From contig OZ223236.1 of assembly GCA_965140445.1 (NCBI GenBank), positions 3,456,001-3,520,000 on the forward strand: DNA of 64,000 nt, written 5' to 3'. This DNA comes from Candidatus Ozemobacteraceae bacterium. GTDB taxonomy: Bacteria; Muiribacteriota; Ozemobacteria; Ozemobacterales; Ozemobacteraceae. This document shows, piece by piece, positions 47,764 through 58,469 of this stretch (position 1 is its first letter; every line of letters begins with the position of its first letter). Made by a program: the position numbers and the translations under genes. Under the pieces are notes generated by a model. The model saw only the letters and a program-made list of their open reading frames with translations. It was not told the origin of the DNA and made no database searches.

Positions 47764-49368
47764 TTGGATTTAAAAGCTGTAAAAACTAAATTAGCTGCCT
47801 TTTCCTCCAGGCAAAGCTTTAAGCTTTGCTTAGGGTTGTGGGTTTTAATTGGATTAGTTGATTTACTTGGTTTATTGATTTTTGGAAAAATTTTCCATGA
47901 GTTTCGGGGAATTCTAAATTTTGCCGCTCTTCTAATTTTGGTAACAGAAATTGAGGAAACCTTTTTCTTATGGGGAATTTTTGTTCTGATACCAAATTCC
48001 ATTTTTTTGTTTTTACTAAGCTTTAAATTTCATGTTTTTGGAGCTTTCCTGCGAGAAATGTTTTTTGGAACGACTTCGATAGCTCTTGTTCAAGGTTTCC
48101 ATAATCTTTTTTATTCAAAGTTTATATCTGAAAATGTTTACAACTCATTAAAAAAGGATTTAAAAGAACACCAGCAAAATAGCTTCCAGTCAATTCTTCA
48201 CTTTAGTTTAATAGGTTGTACAAAGGAACGAAACAAGGTCTTAAAGCAGGCTTATCACGTCCTTGAAAATTCTTTCCACACAGACAAATCTCTTATATTT
48301 ATTGCGGATTATTCTAATAATTGCCTTATACCAGCATATAAACCCGGGGAACAACCATCCAGTAAAATTGCACCAATCCTTGTTTCACCAGATTTTTGGA
48401 CCAAGCATGCAATAGCTCCAGACAAGGGATTAATGGGCGTTATCTCTGGAAATTCCAGACCAGAAACTCTAAAGCGACTTATTCCCGGAGCTGAACTTGA
48501 TGCTATTGCAGTAATGCCTCTTAGTAGTGAAGGCAAAGTTATTGGTTTGCTAACTGTTATAAAGCAAAGACCAGAAAATAGAAAATATCTGGACCCTGGT
48601 CTGTTTGCCACCTTTGGTTATGTATTAGCTTCGGCATTAGATAACTGTGAAGCCCATGAACTCAAGGTTAAATTATTAGACACCGCAAATCAGGAAAAAA
48701 ATCAAATACAAACAGCATTTGGAAAGTATGTTTCTTCTTCTGTTGTTGAAGAACTTGTTAATTCTAACGATATGGCTGTTCTTGGAGGAAAAAAACGAAA
48801 GGTTTCTATTATGATGGTAGACCTGCGAGGTTTTACCTTGTTAGCCAATCAAATTCAAATAGAACAACTGGTAAAAATTCTTAATTACTGGTTAGAAAAA
48901 GCCAGCCAATTAATTCTTGGAAGTTACGGAACCATCGATAAATTCATGGGTGATGGAATCATGGTAATTTTCGGTGCCCCAATAGAAAAACCGGATGACG
49001 TTTTAAGAAGCGTATATACCGCTTTTCGTTTGCAGGTTAAGTTTAATGAGTTTTTTCAGGAAGTGTCTCCATTGTTAGGGCAACGACCTTTGGGACTAGG
49101 TATTTCCATTGCTACCGGAGAAGCTATTGTTGGAAATTTTGGTTCAAGCAATAGGATGGAATACACAGCAATTGGGGATGTTGTTAATCTGGCTTCAAGA
49201 CTTGAAAAACTTGCAGGAGCGGGAGAAATAGTGGTCGACCAGAATACCTTTTCCCAATTACCTCAATTTCGTTTTAAATATACGCAATATGATGATGTAC
49301 AGGTAAAAGGACTAGGTAATCAAAGTATCTTCAAGCTTCACGAAGTGCTAAGAACAAATGCGCAATAG
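47764..49368 (+). CDS. Membrane GAF + class III adenylate cyclase
   Basis: VDLRGFT; IDKFMGDG; EYTAIGDVVNLASRL. Confidence 0.9.
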   Translation: MDLKAVKTKLAAFSSRQSFKLCLGLWVLIGLVDLLGLLIFGKIFHEFRGILNFAALLILVTEIEETFFLWGIFVLIPNSIFLFLLSFKFHVFGAFLREMFFGTTSIALVQGFHNLFYSKFISENVYNSLKKDLKEHQQNSFQSILHFSLIGCTKERNKVLKQAYHVLENSFHTDKSLIFIADYSNNCLIPAYKPGEQPSSKIAPILVSPDFWTKHAIAPDKGLMGVISGNSRPETLKRLIPGAELDAIAVMPLSSEGKVIGLLTVIKQRPENRKYLDPGLFATFGYVLASALDNCEAHELKVKLLDTANQEKNQIQTAFGKYVSSSVVEELVNSNDMAVLGGKKRKVSIMMVDLRGFTLLANQIQIEQLVKILNYWLEKASQLILGSYGTIDKFMGDGIMVIFGAPIEKPDDVLRSVYTAFRLQVKFNEFFQEVSPLLGQRPLGLGISIATGEAIVGNFGSSNRMEYTAIGDVVNLASRLEKLAGAGEIVVDQNTFSQLPQFRFKYTQYDDVQVKGLGNQSIFKLHEVLRTNAQ

Positions 49369-49371
49369 TTT

Positions 49372-49719
49372 CTAGTCTTTAATTCTTTTTACAATCTGGG
49401 TTATGATTTTTCTCACGTAATTGCACTCGCAATCAACGTTACAATCATCAAAATTAGAACTGTCCTTGCAATATCCAGGGCATTCTTTAGAACCCATTTT
49501 ATTTATGTAGCTTTTCTCATCTTGATACAGGTCTTTAAAGAATGAAACCTCAATTGCCGAAGAAGTCTGACATTCTTTGTGTAAAAAAATAAAATAACCG
49601 TTATCCAGATAATCAAGGTTTATATTGTATCCAGTTATTCTCACTTGAGAGTCATTAACAAATAAATCTCTGCTCACCCATTCTTTTTTACAGCCAGCGC
49701 AAGTTGTAAAAATTTCCAT
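49372..49719 (-). CDS. Cys-rich hypothetical protein
   Basis: CAGC, HKEC, CPGYC, CNVDCEC. Confidence 0.7.
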   Translation of the reverse strand: MEIFTTCAGCKKEWVSRDLFVNDSQVRITGYNINLDYLDNGYFIFLHKECQTSSAIEVSFFKDLYQDEKSYINKMGSKECPGYCKDSSNFDDCNVDCECNYVRKIITQIVKRIKD

Positions 49720-49748
49720 TCTAACCTCTTTTATTTAACTATATTACT

Positions 49749-50219
49749 TTACACTGTATTACATTCTTTTACTAGACTTCCAGCTTCAATTTTTCCTGAT
49801 TGGATTATATCCGCTCGTAGCCCGCCGCAATCCAAAAGAAAATCATACATTCTTTTTGCTGTTTCTTCTGTTTTACCTAATTCCATGCATAGTTCCATGC
49901 AGGGAAAACAAAGTTCTATTCCTTTACAAAGAGCCTCTCCAACTTGGAACTCTCTGCCTGTTAAATGATTTAAATCAATTTTTTCAGTTACAATATTTCT
50001 CTTTAAAATACTCAAATCTAATGGAAGATTAAATTGTTTACAAAACTTTTCTATGGCTTCTTTTTCAACCAGGGAAAGTTGCCACCCTTTGTAGTTTTTG
50101 CAGGAACCAAAATATCTATCCCCTTCTAATCCCATATTCTTGACGGCCAAAACTTTTTTTGTTTCTACCCTGGCTTGTTTATCTAAGTCTGCTAGATAAA
50201 TCTTATTAATTTTGCCCAT
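49749..50219 (-). CDS. MOSC-domain protein
   Basis: GLEGDRY; RNIVT; CFPC; GGLRADIIQSGKI. Confidence 0.88.
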   Translation of the reverse strand: MGKINKIYLADLDKQARVETKKVLAVKNMGLEGDRYFGSCKNYKGWQLSLVEKEAIEKFCKQFNLPLDLSILKRNIVTEKIDLNHLTGREFQVGEALCKGIELCFPCMELCMELGKTEETAKRMYDFLLDCGGLRADIIQSGKIEAGSLVKECNTV

Positions 50220-51543
50220 TGGTACTCTCCAACAAAATTAAACTGGAATCTTTTCCCGGATTGGAAATCCCGGTTAATGCCTTCCACAAAATAAATCCTC
50301 CGATACCACCGACAAATCCTTGCACCGCATTAGGCAGCAAAGCAGCAAAGGCAGCACCAATATCAGTAATTGCAAAGGCTGGAATGTATTTTCCCAATTC
50401 AGGATAGAAATAGGCTTCAAACAAAAAGTAACCAAGAACCATAAAAAAACTACCCACAATAGCGCCTAAGATCTTTCTATAAACATTCTTGCTGTTGGAA
50501 CCACCAGAAATAGCTCCGGCTATATAGCCTTCGAATCCTTTAATAATAAAAGTAGCTGGGATATAAACAGGATAACCTATGGCATCAGCAATTGCAGGGC
50601 CAAAAGCTCCGACCAGCAACCCAGGAATTGGACCAAGCCAGATCCCTGCGAGAATTACAAAAATATCGCCAATATTAAAGTATCCTCCTGTTACGGGAAT
50701 TGGAATCTTGATTAAAAGCGTACTCAAAGTTGCAAGTCCTGTTAATGCTGCAACCATAGCTGTAGCTGTAAAATCCCAATTCCTTTTTATAGAAACCTGA
50801 TTTGGATTTTCAACTTTTTCTAATAGTTCAATTTCTTCTACCATTACTGGGAGTGGCTCGAAACTATGCATTATACAAGCATACATCCAGGCAGAAATAC
50901 TTGAGTAAAGCCACCTGAATAGAAATACTGGACTAGTCACAAATGACTGAAATGGTCTATGCCTTGGATAAAAAACCTCTGGATTCTCTTCAAGCCAGTA
51001 ATCATAGAGTTTAAATACTGTTTCACCAACATGTTGAAAAACACGTAAGGTAAGAGCAAAATGAAATCCGAGAATGCGGAACCGCCCCTTGAGTTTGAGA
51101 CTTTTTTCCACAAGAAGCTTTGGTGAAAAGCCATTTACAAAAAGCAGTGAAAATGGAACAACTGAAAGTATAGTGAAAAAAAGACGAACCATCTTTTCTA
51201 TTGTCTCGGAGGTACTTTGTCCTGAGGCTAAAGCTGGCAAAATAAGCCTGGCCAATGTGCCAAAAATTGCTGTTGAGCTGCCCAAAAAAAGCCCGACGCC
51301 AAAAATTTGCAGTCCTTTTTTTCTACCAAAGTTTATTATAACAATTGCGAGAATTAGAATTGAATAAATTGCCCATAAAATAGTAAGAGACTGCCCGTTT
51401 GATAATGGTTCTAAAATCTGGGAATTCGAAAGTGCAGAGATGGGCCATCCAGAAATCAGGGGCAATCCTAGAATGAAAAAGAAAAAAGCCTTTGAAAATA
51501 AGCCGGGCAATTTTCTTACAAGAAAAAGTTCAGTAAACTTCAA
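50206..51543 (-). CDS. ECF transporter: T-component-like membrane domain fused to S component
   Basis: C-terminal IPIPVTGGYFNIGD..GPAIAD..TFIIKGFEG is an S-component pattern; N-terminal TMs plus ALTLRVF. Confidence 0.7.
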   Translation of the reverse strand: MKFTELFLVRKLPGLFSKAFFFFILGLPLISGWPISALSNSQILEPLSNGQSLTILWAIYSILILAIVIINFGRKKGLQIFGVGLFLGSSTAIFGTLARLILPALASGQSTSETIEKMVRLFFTILSVVPFSLLFVNGFSPKLLVEKSLKLKGRFRILGFHFALTLRVFQHVGETVFKLYDYWLEENPEVFYPRHRPFQSFVTSPVFLFRWLYSSISAWMYACIMHSFEPLPVMVEEIELLEKVENPNQVSIKRNWDFTATAMVAALTGLATLSTLLIKIPIPVTGGYFNIGDIFVILAGIWLGPIPGLLVGAFGPAIADAIGYPVYIPATFIIKGFEGYIAGAISGGSNSKNVYRKILGAIVGSFFMVLGYFLFEAYFYPELGKYIPAFAITDIGAAFAALLPNAVQGFVGGIGGFILWKALTGISNPGKDSSLILLESTNGQN

Positions 51544-52798
51544 TTTCTACCCCCACAAAACCATCTTCTGTTCTATGTAACTTAATTTCTGATTTGCAAA
51601 TTTGCCTGAGAACAGCAACCTGGTGAGAAATAATAATGATTGAAGTTTTAATTTCATTTGAAACATTTAGAACCGTCAGTAGAAAATTGATCCCATTTTC
51701 AAAACTAAAACCCCACCCAGGTTCATCAAGGATTAAAAAGTCAGGGTCACTTGCAAGTCTTTCCGCAATTAGAAGGAACTTAGCAGTGGCAATTGAATCT
51801 AGTTCATCTTTATCGATTTTATCAAGATATGCATTTTTAAGTTTAAAAAAAAGATTCTTTGCTTTCTCTTTCAAGGTTTCGTCAAACTGAAATGCCCAGC
51901 AAAGGTGTTCTTGAGGTGATTTTCCAAAGAGTTGTTTTATTGAACTTTGAAAGACCAGCCGTGTTTCAGCTTTTTCTGTAAAGTTAACGCCTGCTCCTTC
52001 GCCTTTTATTATTCCAGCAAGTTTTTTTACAAAAGTGCTTTTACCTATGCCATTTTCACCAGTTATCAAGGTTGGGGAAATCAACTGTTTTGCTTGACCT
52101 GCTTCAAGCTTAAATTGCAATGTTTTCTCCGGAAAATAGACTGGAAAATGAACCTCAGGAAAACAGACTAAAGAACTGCCTTCAGACAGTTGCCATAGAT
52201 TTTTTTTTACAGCCTGGTTCAAAGTAATGTTCATCGGATCAGGCTTTCGCCCAGGATACTTTTCATTCTGAAGCAAATAAACTTCAACAGTTTTTTGATT
52301 ACTGACAAATTCTTTAACCAATTTTTCCCAAAAAGGAAAAGCAACTTGATTAAGCCAATACACAGGACTACACGCAATCAAGCATTGAGAAATTTTTGCC
52401 ATGATTGAAGATCTGGCAAAATTTAACAAAAGAAGTTCTCCACCTGAATAGGTCATAACTGGCTGATTTAGCATTTCTGGTCTAAGTCCATATTCTTCCA
52501 GTTTTTTTGTTATATCTTGCTCAGAGTAATTTTCTTTTCCAGAAATTCTAAAGGCAGAACCAAGAATTTCATTGGCATTTGGTAAAGCCAACCCCTGTAT
52601 TGGGTCTGGAAAAATCTTTGCATTTATTTCTTGTGGTGAATTGGCTTTATTTGCATTACTTAGCCAATAAGAAAATTCTGAGAAAAAATCAGTTTTTCCT
52701 TTGGAAATTTCAGGAACAACTGCCCCAGTCCGGTTTTTATAGGCTTCTACCATTTTAGAAAAGGTAGGAAACTCCTTTAAAGTTACTCTGTTTTCCAT
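51530..52798 (-). CDS. Atypical tandem ABC ATPase (ECF A-type)
   Basis: YSGGE in N-half; GENGIGKS, LILDEP, IISHQ in C-half. Confidence 0.72.
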   Translation of the reverse strand: MENRVTLKEFPTFSKMVEAYKNRTGAVVPEISKGKTDFFSEFSYWLSNANKANSPQEINAKIFPDPIQGLALPNANEILGSAFRISGKENYSEQDITKKLEEYGLRPEMLNQPVMTYSGGELLLLNFARSSIMAKISQCLIACSPVYWLNQVAFPFWEKLVKEFVSNQKTVEVYLLQNEKYPGRKPDPMNITLNQAVKKNLWQLSEGSSLVCFPEVHFPVYFPEKTLQFKLEAGQAKQLISPTLITGENGIGKSTFVKKLAGIIKGEGAGVNFTEKAETRLVFQSSIKQLFGKSPQEHLCWAFQFDETLKEKAKNLFFKLKNAYLDKIDKDELDSIATAKFLLIAERLASDPDFLILDEPGWGFSFENGINFLLTVLNVSNEIKTSIIIISHQVAVLRQICKSEIKLHRTEDGFVGVEIEVY

Positions 52799-52812
52799 TT
52801 TATTACTTAAAT

Positions 52813-53340
52813 CTAGGCTTTTTTACGATTATAAAGGCCTAGAATTATCCCTAGAACGACTGACCATAAAGCAGCTAAACCAATTTGATAATGTTTTGGT
52901 AAAACAAAAGTTACTGTGTGGGCAGGAATCCAGAACCAAAGCAAAGACTTAAATCCCTTGTCCATATTATTCCAGTTTTTTTCTCCTGCAACCAGGTTAT
53001 CCAGTAGTCGATGCATTAAGACCAAAAATGGTCCAAATTGCAAGTTCATGGCACTGGAAATTGCAAAAGCTCTTGAGTAGGTATTTAATTCCGGCAAATA
53101 CGAAGCTTCAACCAGACCCTTTACAAAAGCCTTAAAACCCACAAAAGCATACTTAATTAAAAGCGCAAGAAATGCCCATTCAAGCATTTTTAAAATTAGC
53201 GTTTTAAAATTAAATGGTTTAAAAAGCTTTTTGGCAATAATCCATTTTGAAATTACATCCCCTAGAGTGCCCAAAAGAGCAAATTGAATCATTGCCATTA
53301 AAACGGGGTGAGCTTGCACCAAAGAAACATACCATGTCAT
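52813..53340 (-). CDS. Mpv17/PMP22-like membrane protein
   Basis: GTLGDVIS; WFWIPAHTVTFVLP. Confidence 0.6.
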   Translation of the reverse strand: MTWYVSLVQAHPVLMAMIQFALLGTLGDVISKWIIAKKLFKPFNFKTLILKMLEWAFLALLIKYAFVGFKAFVKGLVEASYLPELNTYSRAFAISSAMNLQFGPFLVLMHRLLDNLVAGEKNWNNMDKGFKSLLWFWIPAHTVTFVLPKHYQIGLAALWSVVLGIILGLYNRKKA

Positions 53341-53442
53341 AAAATTAATTGTTCCTTAACCTAATTATTTTCACTAGTCTTTATAAAGGCTTTTAATAAG
53401 ATTTTCAACTTAAACAATCAATTTTACGTATTAGTCGTTAAA

Positions 53443-53976
53443 TTATTCTTGTTCAACCCAGATAATTTTATTGGAATCAAAACCTAAATTTAGAATTTTT
53501 ATCATTAAGGAATCTTTAAGTTCTTTACTAAGCTCAGGAGTTCTGGATAAAAGCCAAAAATATTTCTTACTGGAGCTACCGACAATTGCCCATCTATAAT
53601 CAGGGTCCAGCTCTAAAACAAAATAATCGGCAGAGAAAGGCCAAAAAAAAGAAACTTTTAAATGTCCAACTTTTTTAGAACCAGCAAACTCTGCTATACC
53701 CTCAGCAATTTTCCGTTCACCATTTTTAGAATTATATCCAGAGTTTAAAACCTTTATCCGACCATCCGGTAAAAGGCTATAATTTGCGGTAACTTTATTC
53801 AGATTTCGTTCAAAAATATGGTTATATCTGGCAATTTCATACCATTTTCCTAAATATTTCTCTGGAACAAAGTTTTTAACCGGCTGAGGCATTCCCTTTT
53901 TACGTTTAAAAAGCCTGAAAAAGACTATCACTCCTAATAAAATACCGATGAAAAGAAAGATTTTTGTTTTTTTCAT
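53443..53976 (-). CDS. blc: Lipocalin
   Basis: YLGKWYEIAR; LKVSFFWPF; YFWLLSRTP. Confidence 0.9.
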   Translation of the reverse strand: MKKTKIFLFIGILLGVIVFFRLFKRKKGMPQPVKNFVPEKYLGKWYEIARYNHIFERNLNKVTANYSLLPDGRIKVLNSGYNSKNGERKIAEGIAEFAGSKKVGHLKVSFFWPFSADYFVLELDPDYRWAIVGSSSKKYFWLLSRTPELSKELKDSLMIKILNLGFDSNKIIWVEQE

Positions 53977-54008
53977 TTTTTCCCCTATGGATAGTCAGAT
54001 TAGATTAA

Positions 54009-55037
54009 TCAGTCTAACAGCTCGATTGGTGCAGAAGCTATATTGTCTTGAGCAAATTCTTTCGGGTGGCGACAGAAAAACCTCCAGATCAGGTCTGTTG
54101 CTGAAATTAAACTAGATGGAGCATCTGCTCTTTTCCTCTTTTTTTGAGTTCCTGGCCAGGCATGCCCCTGGTTTAAAACTTCGTATTGAACAACAACTGA
54201 ATTACTTTTTCCACCAAAATAAGCTATCTCTCTGTATTTTTTTTTCAAATCTAACTTTTCATTAGCGATTAAGCTACAGCCGTTATTTTTTGCCCAGAAA
54301 AGACAGCTATCTTTAGCGGAAGCGACCCAAACAGGATTTGCAATAGATCTTTGCTGTTTACCTCCGGCTAAAGGTATTGATTTATCAAGTAACCCATTAA
54401 AAGCAATTACGCTAACAGGATATTTGGGGGTTTCAGGCCAGATAAATTCTTTTTTTTCAATTTCCTTGCCAGCAGCAGTACCAACGACTGGTGCTATTGC
54501 GGCAATTTTATGTGACAATTTCCCCGCTAAAAAATGACAAAATATTGCCCCATTAGAAATTCCGGTAGCAAAGATTCTATCTTGTGCGATATTAAACCGC
54601 CTTTCTAGCCGTTCAAGAAGCTTTTCTATAAACCCTAAATCGTTTACATAGAACCTTTTGGCATACCCAAATCCAAAGTATACATTCCAGGTTAACAGAG
54701 ATTTTTCAAGCCTCCCCGACCCATATGGAGCAACAAGAAGAAACCCTTCTTTATTAGATTTTTCAATAAATCCATAGTCCTCTGCAGCCTGTTTTGCATT
54801 TCCTAATCCACCATGAAATAGCAATACCAAAGGAAGCTCTTCGCCATTATTTATTTGAGGAGGAATATTAATTAAAATATGTCTGGTTTTTCCCTCAAAA
54901 TAAAACTTCTCCTCAAACAACCCAGCAAATTTATTTTCATTTTCAGCGGAACATTGAACAGTAAAGAAGATCACTGAAATCAACAAGATGAAATAGATCT
55001 TGTCCTGGATTCTCAATTTAGACCTCCGATTAATCAA
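54009..55037 (-). CDS. PHB-depolymerase/LpqC-family esterase
   Basis: LFHGG; GISNG; GHAWPG. Confidence 0.85.
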   Translation of the reverse strand: MINRRSKLRIQDKIYFILLISVIFFTVQCSAENENKFAGLFEEKFYFEGKTRHILINIPPQINNGEELPLVLLFHGGLGNAKQAAEDYGFIEKSNKEGFLLVAPYGSGRLEKSLLTWNVYFGFGYAKRFYVNDLGFIEKLLERLERRFNIAQDRIFATGISNGAIFCHFLAGKLSHKIAAIAPVVGTAAGKEIEKKEFIWPETPKYPVSVIAFNGLLDKSIPLAGGKQQRSIANPVWVASAKDSCLFWAKNNGCSLIANEKLDLKKKYREIAYFGGKSNSVVVQYEVLNQGHAWPGTQKKRKRADAPSSLISATDLIWRFFCRHPKEFAQDNIASAPIELLD

Positions 55038-55130
55038 TAGCTTGTTTTAATATAAAATCTTTTACTGGTAAATTACAAAGGAAATTTATATTGGCCGGTT
55101 ACGCTGACTATAATGTAAGATGAGTTTCAT

Positions 55131-56753
55131 ATGCACTTAATAAAGCAAAACTTCAAAATAATTTTAATCTCGATTTTTGCATTAGGACTCTTTGCAATTT
55201 TTTCATGGAGTTACATTGGGGAAACAACTTTTGATGATGCGTTTATGTTTATTAGGTATGCTAACAACTTCCTTTCCGGCTACGGTTTTTCATGGAACAA
55301 GGAAGCATTACCAACTTATGGTTGTACAAGCTTACTATACTTATTTTTTATAACTTTTCTGAAGTGGCTTTTACCATATTCTGCCGCACAAATTCTTACA
55401 GGGGCTTCATTGTTCTTTACGATCCTTTCATTCATCATATTGGTTATTCTTTCCCGATTGTTGTTTTCTGAATCCAAAAACAGCCACTTTTTAATATCAA
55501 TTATGCCTATTTCACTAATCTTTTTAAGCAGTATTTATGCGTTTCATTCCACCACTGGAATGGAAACGACAATGGCGTTCTGCATTAATGTAATTTTTAT
55601 TCTGTTTTCGCATTTATACAGTAGAAATGAGATAAAACAATATTGGATTGCTTCTCTTTTTTTTGGATATCTAAGTTATCTTGCACGCCCTGATAATGGC
55701 ATTTACTTTATTCTATTCCCCTGCCTTTTGTGGCATCTCCAAAAAATACCAAAAAAACAAATAGCAAAATATATTTGCGCCAGCATGATCATTGTTTTTG
55801 CTGATGCATTTATAAAAAATTACTATTTTGGATCCATAGTGCCTTTATCATTTTATGTAAAGAAAAGTGGCTTTTACATCGGTTATTCCGAGTTAAATGC
55901 CTGGAATCCAGCCGTTTATCTTTTGGATTTTCTTCAAGCTGTTTTCCCTTACGCCATATTGACAATCGCAGCAATAAATAAAGATAACTACCAAAGAATT
56001 TTCATACTCTTCCTGCCTGTAATCCTAACATTTATATATTTTTGGCAAACACCACAAATAATGGGGTTTGGGGCAAGGTTTCTCTTTCCTTCAATCCCAT
56101 TCTGTCTTTTTATTGGGATTTATTCTTTTAAACAGATTGGTTTTGAAAACCTGAACCATATTGGATTCTTAAAAATCAGGGCTGTGTTTGTATTTACTCT
56201 TCTAATTTTTTGTTTTTCTACAAACATTCAATGGAAAATGGGAGAGCTTTGGTTAAAGACCAGATCAAAGCCCCAAATCTCTAATTTTAAAAGTCTTTAT
56301 AAAAATGGGACTTCAGAAATTCCTATATTAGAAAGATGGGCAGGCTTAACCCTTTTCTCACAATTTTTAACAGATTTAAATGAAAAAATTACACTATGTG
56401 CTACAGAATACGGCTATGTAGGGGCATTAAACCCTGAAATAAAAATTATTGATCCTCTTGGACTGCACAACACAAGTGCTGCAAAAAATGGTTTTTCCTA
56501 TGACCTTATTAGCTCCGGTTTTCCTGATTTAATACAGCTTCCACACGAGCATTATACTCTTATGAATTATAAAATTTTAAGTAATAAAGAGTTTCAGGAA
56601 AATTACATTTTCATTCCCAAAATTTTTAACTATGGACTGGGAATTAGAAAAAAAAGCAAATTCTTTAATAAAATATGCTCCTTGATCCAGGTTTATTCAA
56701 AACAAATCTATGATAAAAATTTCGTTTTAAAAGATTATCTGGCTACTTTTTAG
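55131..56753 (+). CDS. GT-C-like polytopic membrane glycosyltransferase
   Basis: DDAFMFIRYA; GMET; ARPD; RFLFP; IIDPLGL. Confidence 0.7.
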   Translation: MHLIKQNFKIILISIFALGLFAIFSWSYIGETTFDDAFMFIRYANNFLSGYGFSWNKEALPTYGCTSLLYLFFITFLKWLLPYSAAQILTGASLFFTILSFIILVILSRLLFSESKNSHFLISIMPISLIFLSSIYAFHSTTGMETTMAFCINVIFILFSHLYSRNEIKQYWIASLFFGYLSYLARPDNGIYFILFPCLLWHLQKIPKKQIAKYICASMIIVFADAFIKNYYFGSIVPLSFYVKKSGFYIGYSELNAWNPAVYLLDFLQAVFPYAILTIAAINKDNYQRIFILFLPVILTFIYFWQTPQIMGFGARFLFPSIPFCLFIGIYSFKQIGFENLNHIGFLKIRAVFVFTLLIFCFSTNIQWKMGELWLKTRSKPQISNFKSLYKNGTSEIPILERWAGLTLFSQFLTDLNEKITLCATEYGYVGALNPEIKIIDPLGLHNTSAAKNGFSYDLISSGFPDLIQLPHEHYTLMNYKILSNKEFQENYIFIPKIFNYGLGIRKKSKFFNKICSLIQVYSKQIYDKNFVLKDYLATF

Positions 56754-57115
56754 TCTATTTCAACAATTGCTTTTGCTCTGGAAAGAGAACCTAAATTATA
56801 AACATTTTTGTATCCTTTACCCTGCAGAATGCCTTTAGCAAAAGAAGACCTACTCCCACTCAGGCAATGCAATAAAATAACCAGATCTTTATTTTTTCCA
56901 AGTTTGTTTTCCGCTTCTTTGCTAAGTCTATCAAGAGGTATATTAATAGCCCCTTTTACGTGCATTCCAGAAAACTCATTTTCAGTTCTTACATCAACAA
57001 TCATATGCTCTTCTTTTAACAATTGCTGAGCTTTGGAATATGATACTTGTGTCATCTGCTTAAAGATAAAGAAAGCCGCAATTATTAGAATTAATACAAT
57101 AGTACTGGTACTCAT
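56750..57115 (-). CDS. Rhodanese-domain protein
   Basis: VDVRTENEF..HVKGAINIP; HCLSGSRS. Confidence 0.88.
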   Translation of the reverse strand: MSTSTIVLILIIAAFFIFKQMTQVSYSKAQQLLKEEHMIVDVRTENEFSGMHVKGAINIPLDRLSKEAENKLGKNKDLVILLHCLSGSRSSFAKGILQGKGYKNVYNLGSLSRAKAIVEID

Positions 57116-57288
57116 TTTTTCTCCTATAAGTTTCCTTATTTTTTTTAAATATTCCATTAGCCAAAAGTATCTGTAAATAACTTAAACACAAATAAAATGA
57201 ATGGAAATGAAATAAAAAACAGTTTTCCATAAAAATGTCTTTAATGGTATTTATTTCTGCTATAATTCACAAAAAAAGGGAGAATAGC

Positions 57289-58452
57289 ATGCAATATAGA
57301 AAATTTGGAAAAACAAACGAAATGGTTTCTTCTCTGGGTTTTGGTTGTATGAGGCTTCCTTTGGCCGGCGAAACGCCTGATTTAATAGATGAAAAAAAAG
57401 CAATTTCCCTAATTCATCAAGCTATTGAAAACGGGGTAAACTATTTCGATACAGCTTACCCTTACCATAGCTTATCATTTGAAGCAGGTGGCAATAGCGA
57501 ACCCCTCCTGGGAAAAGCACTAAAGCAAGTCCCAAGGGATAAAGTTAAAATTGCTACAAAACTTCCTTCCTGGTTAGTTAAAGAACATAAAGATATGGAA
57601 AGCCTTTTAGATGACCAGTTAGAAAGGCTTCAAACCAGTTATATAGATTTTTACCTCATTCATGCTTTAAACAAGGGATTTTGGCAAAATCTCAAAAATA
57701 ATGACTTGTTTGGTTTTATCAATAAAGCTTTAGAATCTGGAAAAATAAAGCATATAGGGTTTTCTTTTCATGATGACATTCAGCTTTTCAAGGAAATCGT
57801 AGATTCTTTTCCCTGGGAATTTTGTCAAATTCAGCTGAACTACCTTGATCAAAACTATCAAGCAGGTATGGAAGGCTTAAAATATGCTTCCAGCAAGGGA
57901 ATGGGAGTAGCAATAATGGAACCGCTTCGTGGCGGAAACCTGGCGGATTCAATTCCAGATGAAATTGAAAATGAAATTAAAACTAATAATTTGTTTTCAA
58001 GCAATGTAGATATGGCACTTAGCTGGTTATGGAATCTACCGGAAGTGTCAATTGTTTTAAGCGGGATGAACACTACGGATCAGGTTTCAGAAAACTGTGA
58101 ACTTGCAGACATTAGAGATGTGGGTAATTTAACTCCTGAAAAAGAACAACTTGTAAAAAAAGTTATTGAAAGTTTTGAATCAAAAAAACTGATTAGATGC
58201 ACTGCATGCGGTTATTGTCTCCCATGCCCTGTTGGAGTGAATATTCCTGTAAATTTGAGATGTTATAATGAATATCATCGTTTCGACAATGAAAGAAACA
58301 GAAAACAAGCTCACACCACTTTTAACATGTTTTTAAGTGATCAACAAAAAGCGTTCAATTGTGTTAAATGCAGGAAGTGTGAAAGTCATTGTCCCCAAGG
58401 CATTAAAATATCTGAAGAACTGGAAAAGGTTAAAGGATTGTTTTGTAGTTAA
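57289..58452 (+). CDS. Aldo/keto reductase with C-terminal 4Fe-4S domain
   Basis: LGFGCMRLP; FDTAYPY; CTACGYCLPCP; CVKCRKCESHCP. Confidence 0.92.
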   Translation: MQYRKFGKTNEMVSSLGFGCMRLPLAGETPDLIDEKKAISLIHQAIENGVNYFDTAYPYHSLSFEAGGNSEPLLGKALKQVPRDKVKIATKLPSWLVKEHKDMESLLDDQLERLQTSYIDFYLIHALNKGFWQNLKNNDLFGFINKALESGKIKHIGFSFHDDIQLFKEIVDSFPWEFCQIQLNYLDQNYQAGMEGLKYASSKGMGVAIMEPLRGGNLADSIPDEIENEIKTNNLFSSNVDMALSWLWNLPEVSIVLSGMNTTDQVSENCELADIRDVGNLTPEKEQLVKKVIESFESKKLIRCTACGYCLPCPVGVNIPVNLRCYNEYHRFDNERNRKQAHTTFNMFLSDQQKAFNCVKCRKCESHCPQGIKISEELEKVKGLFCS

Positions 58453-58469
58453 AATTTTTAAGAACAATT

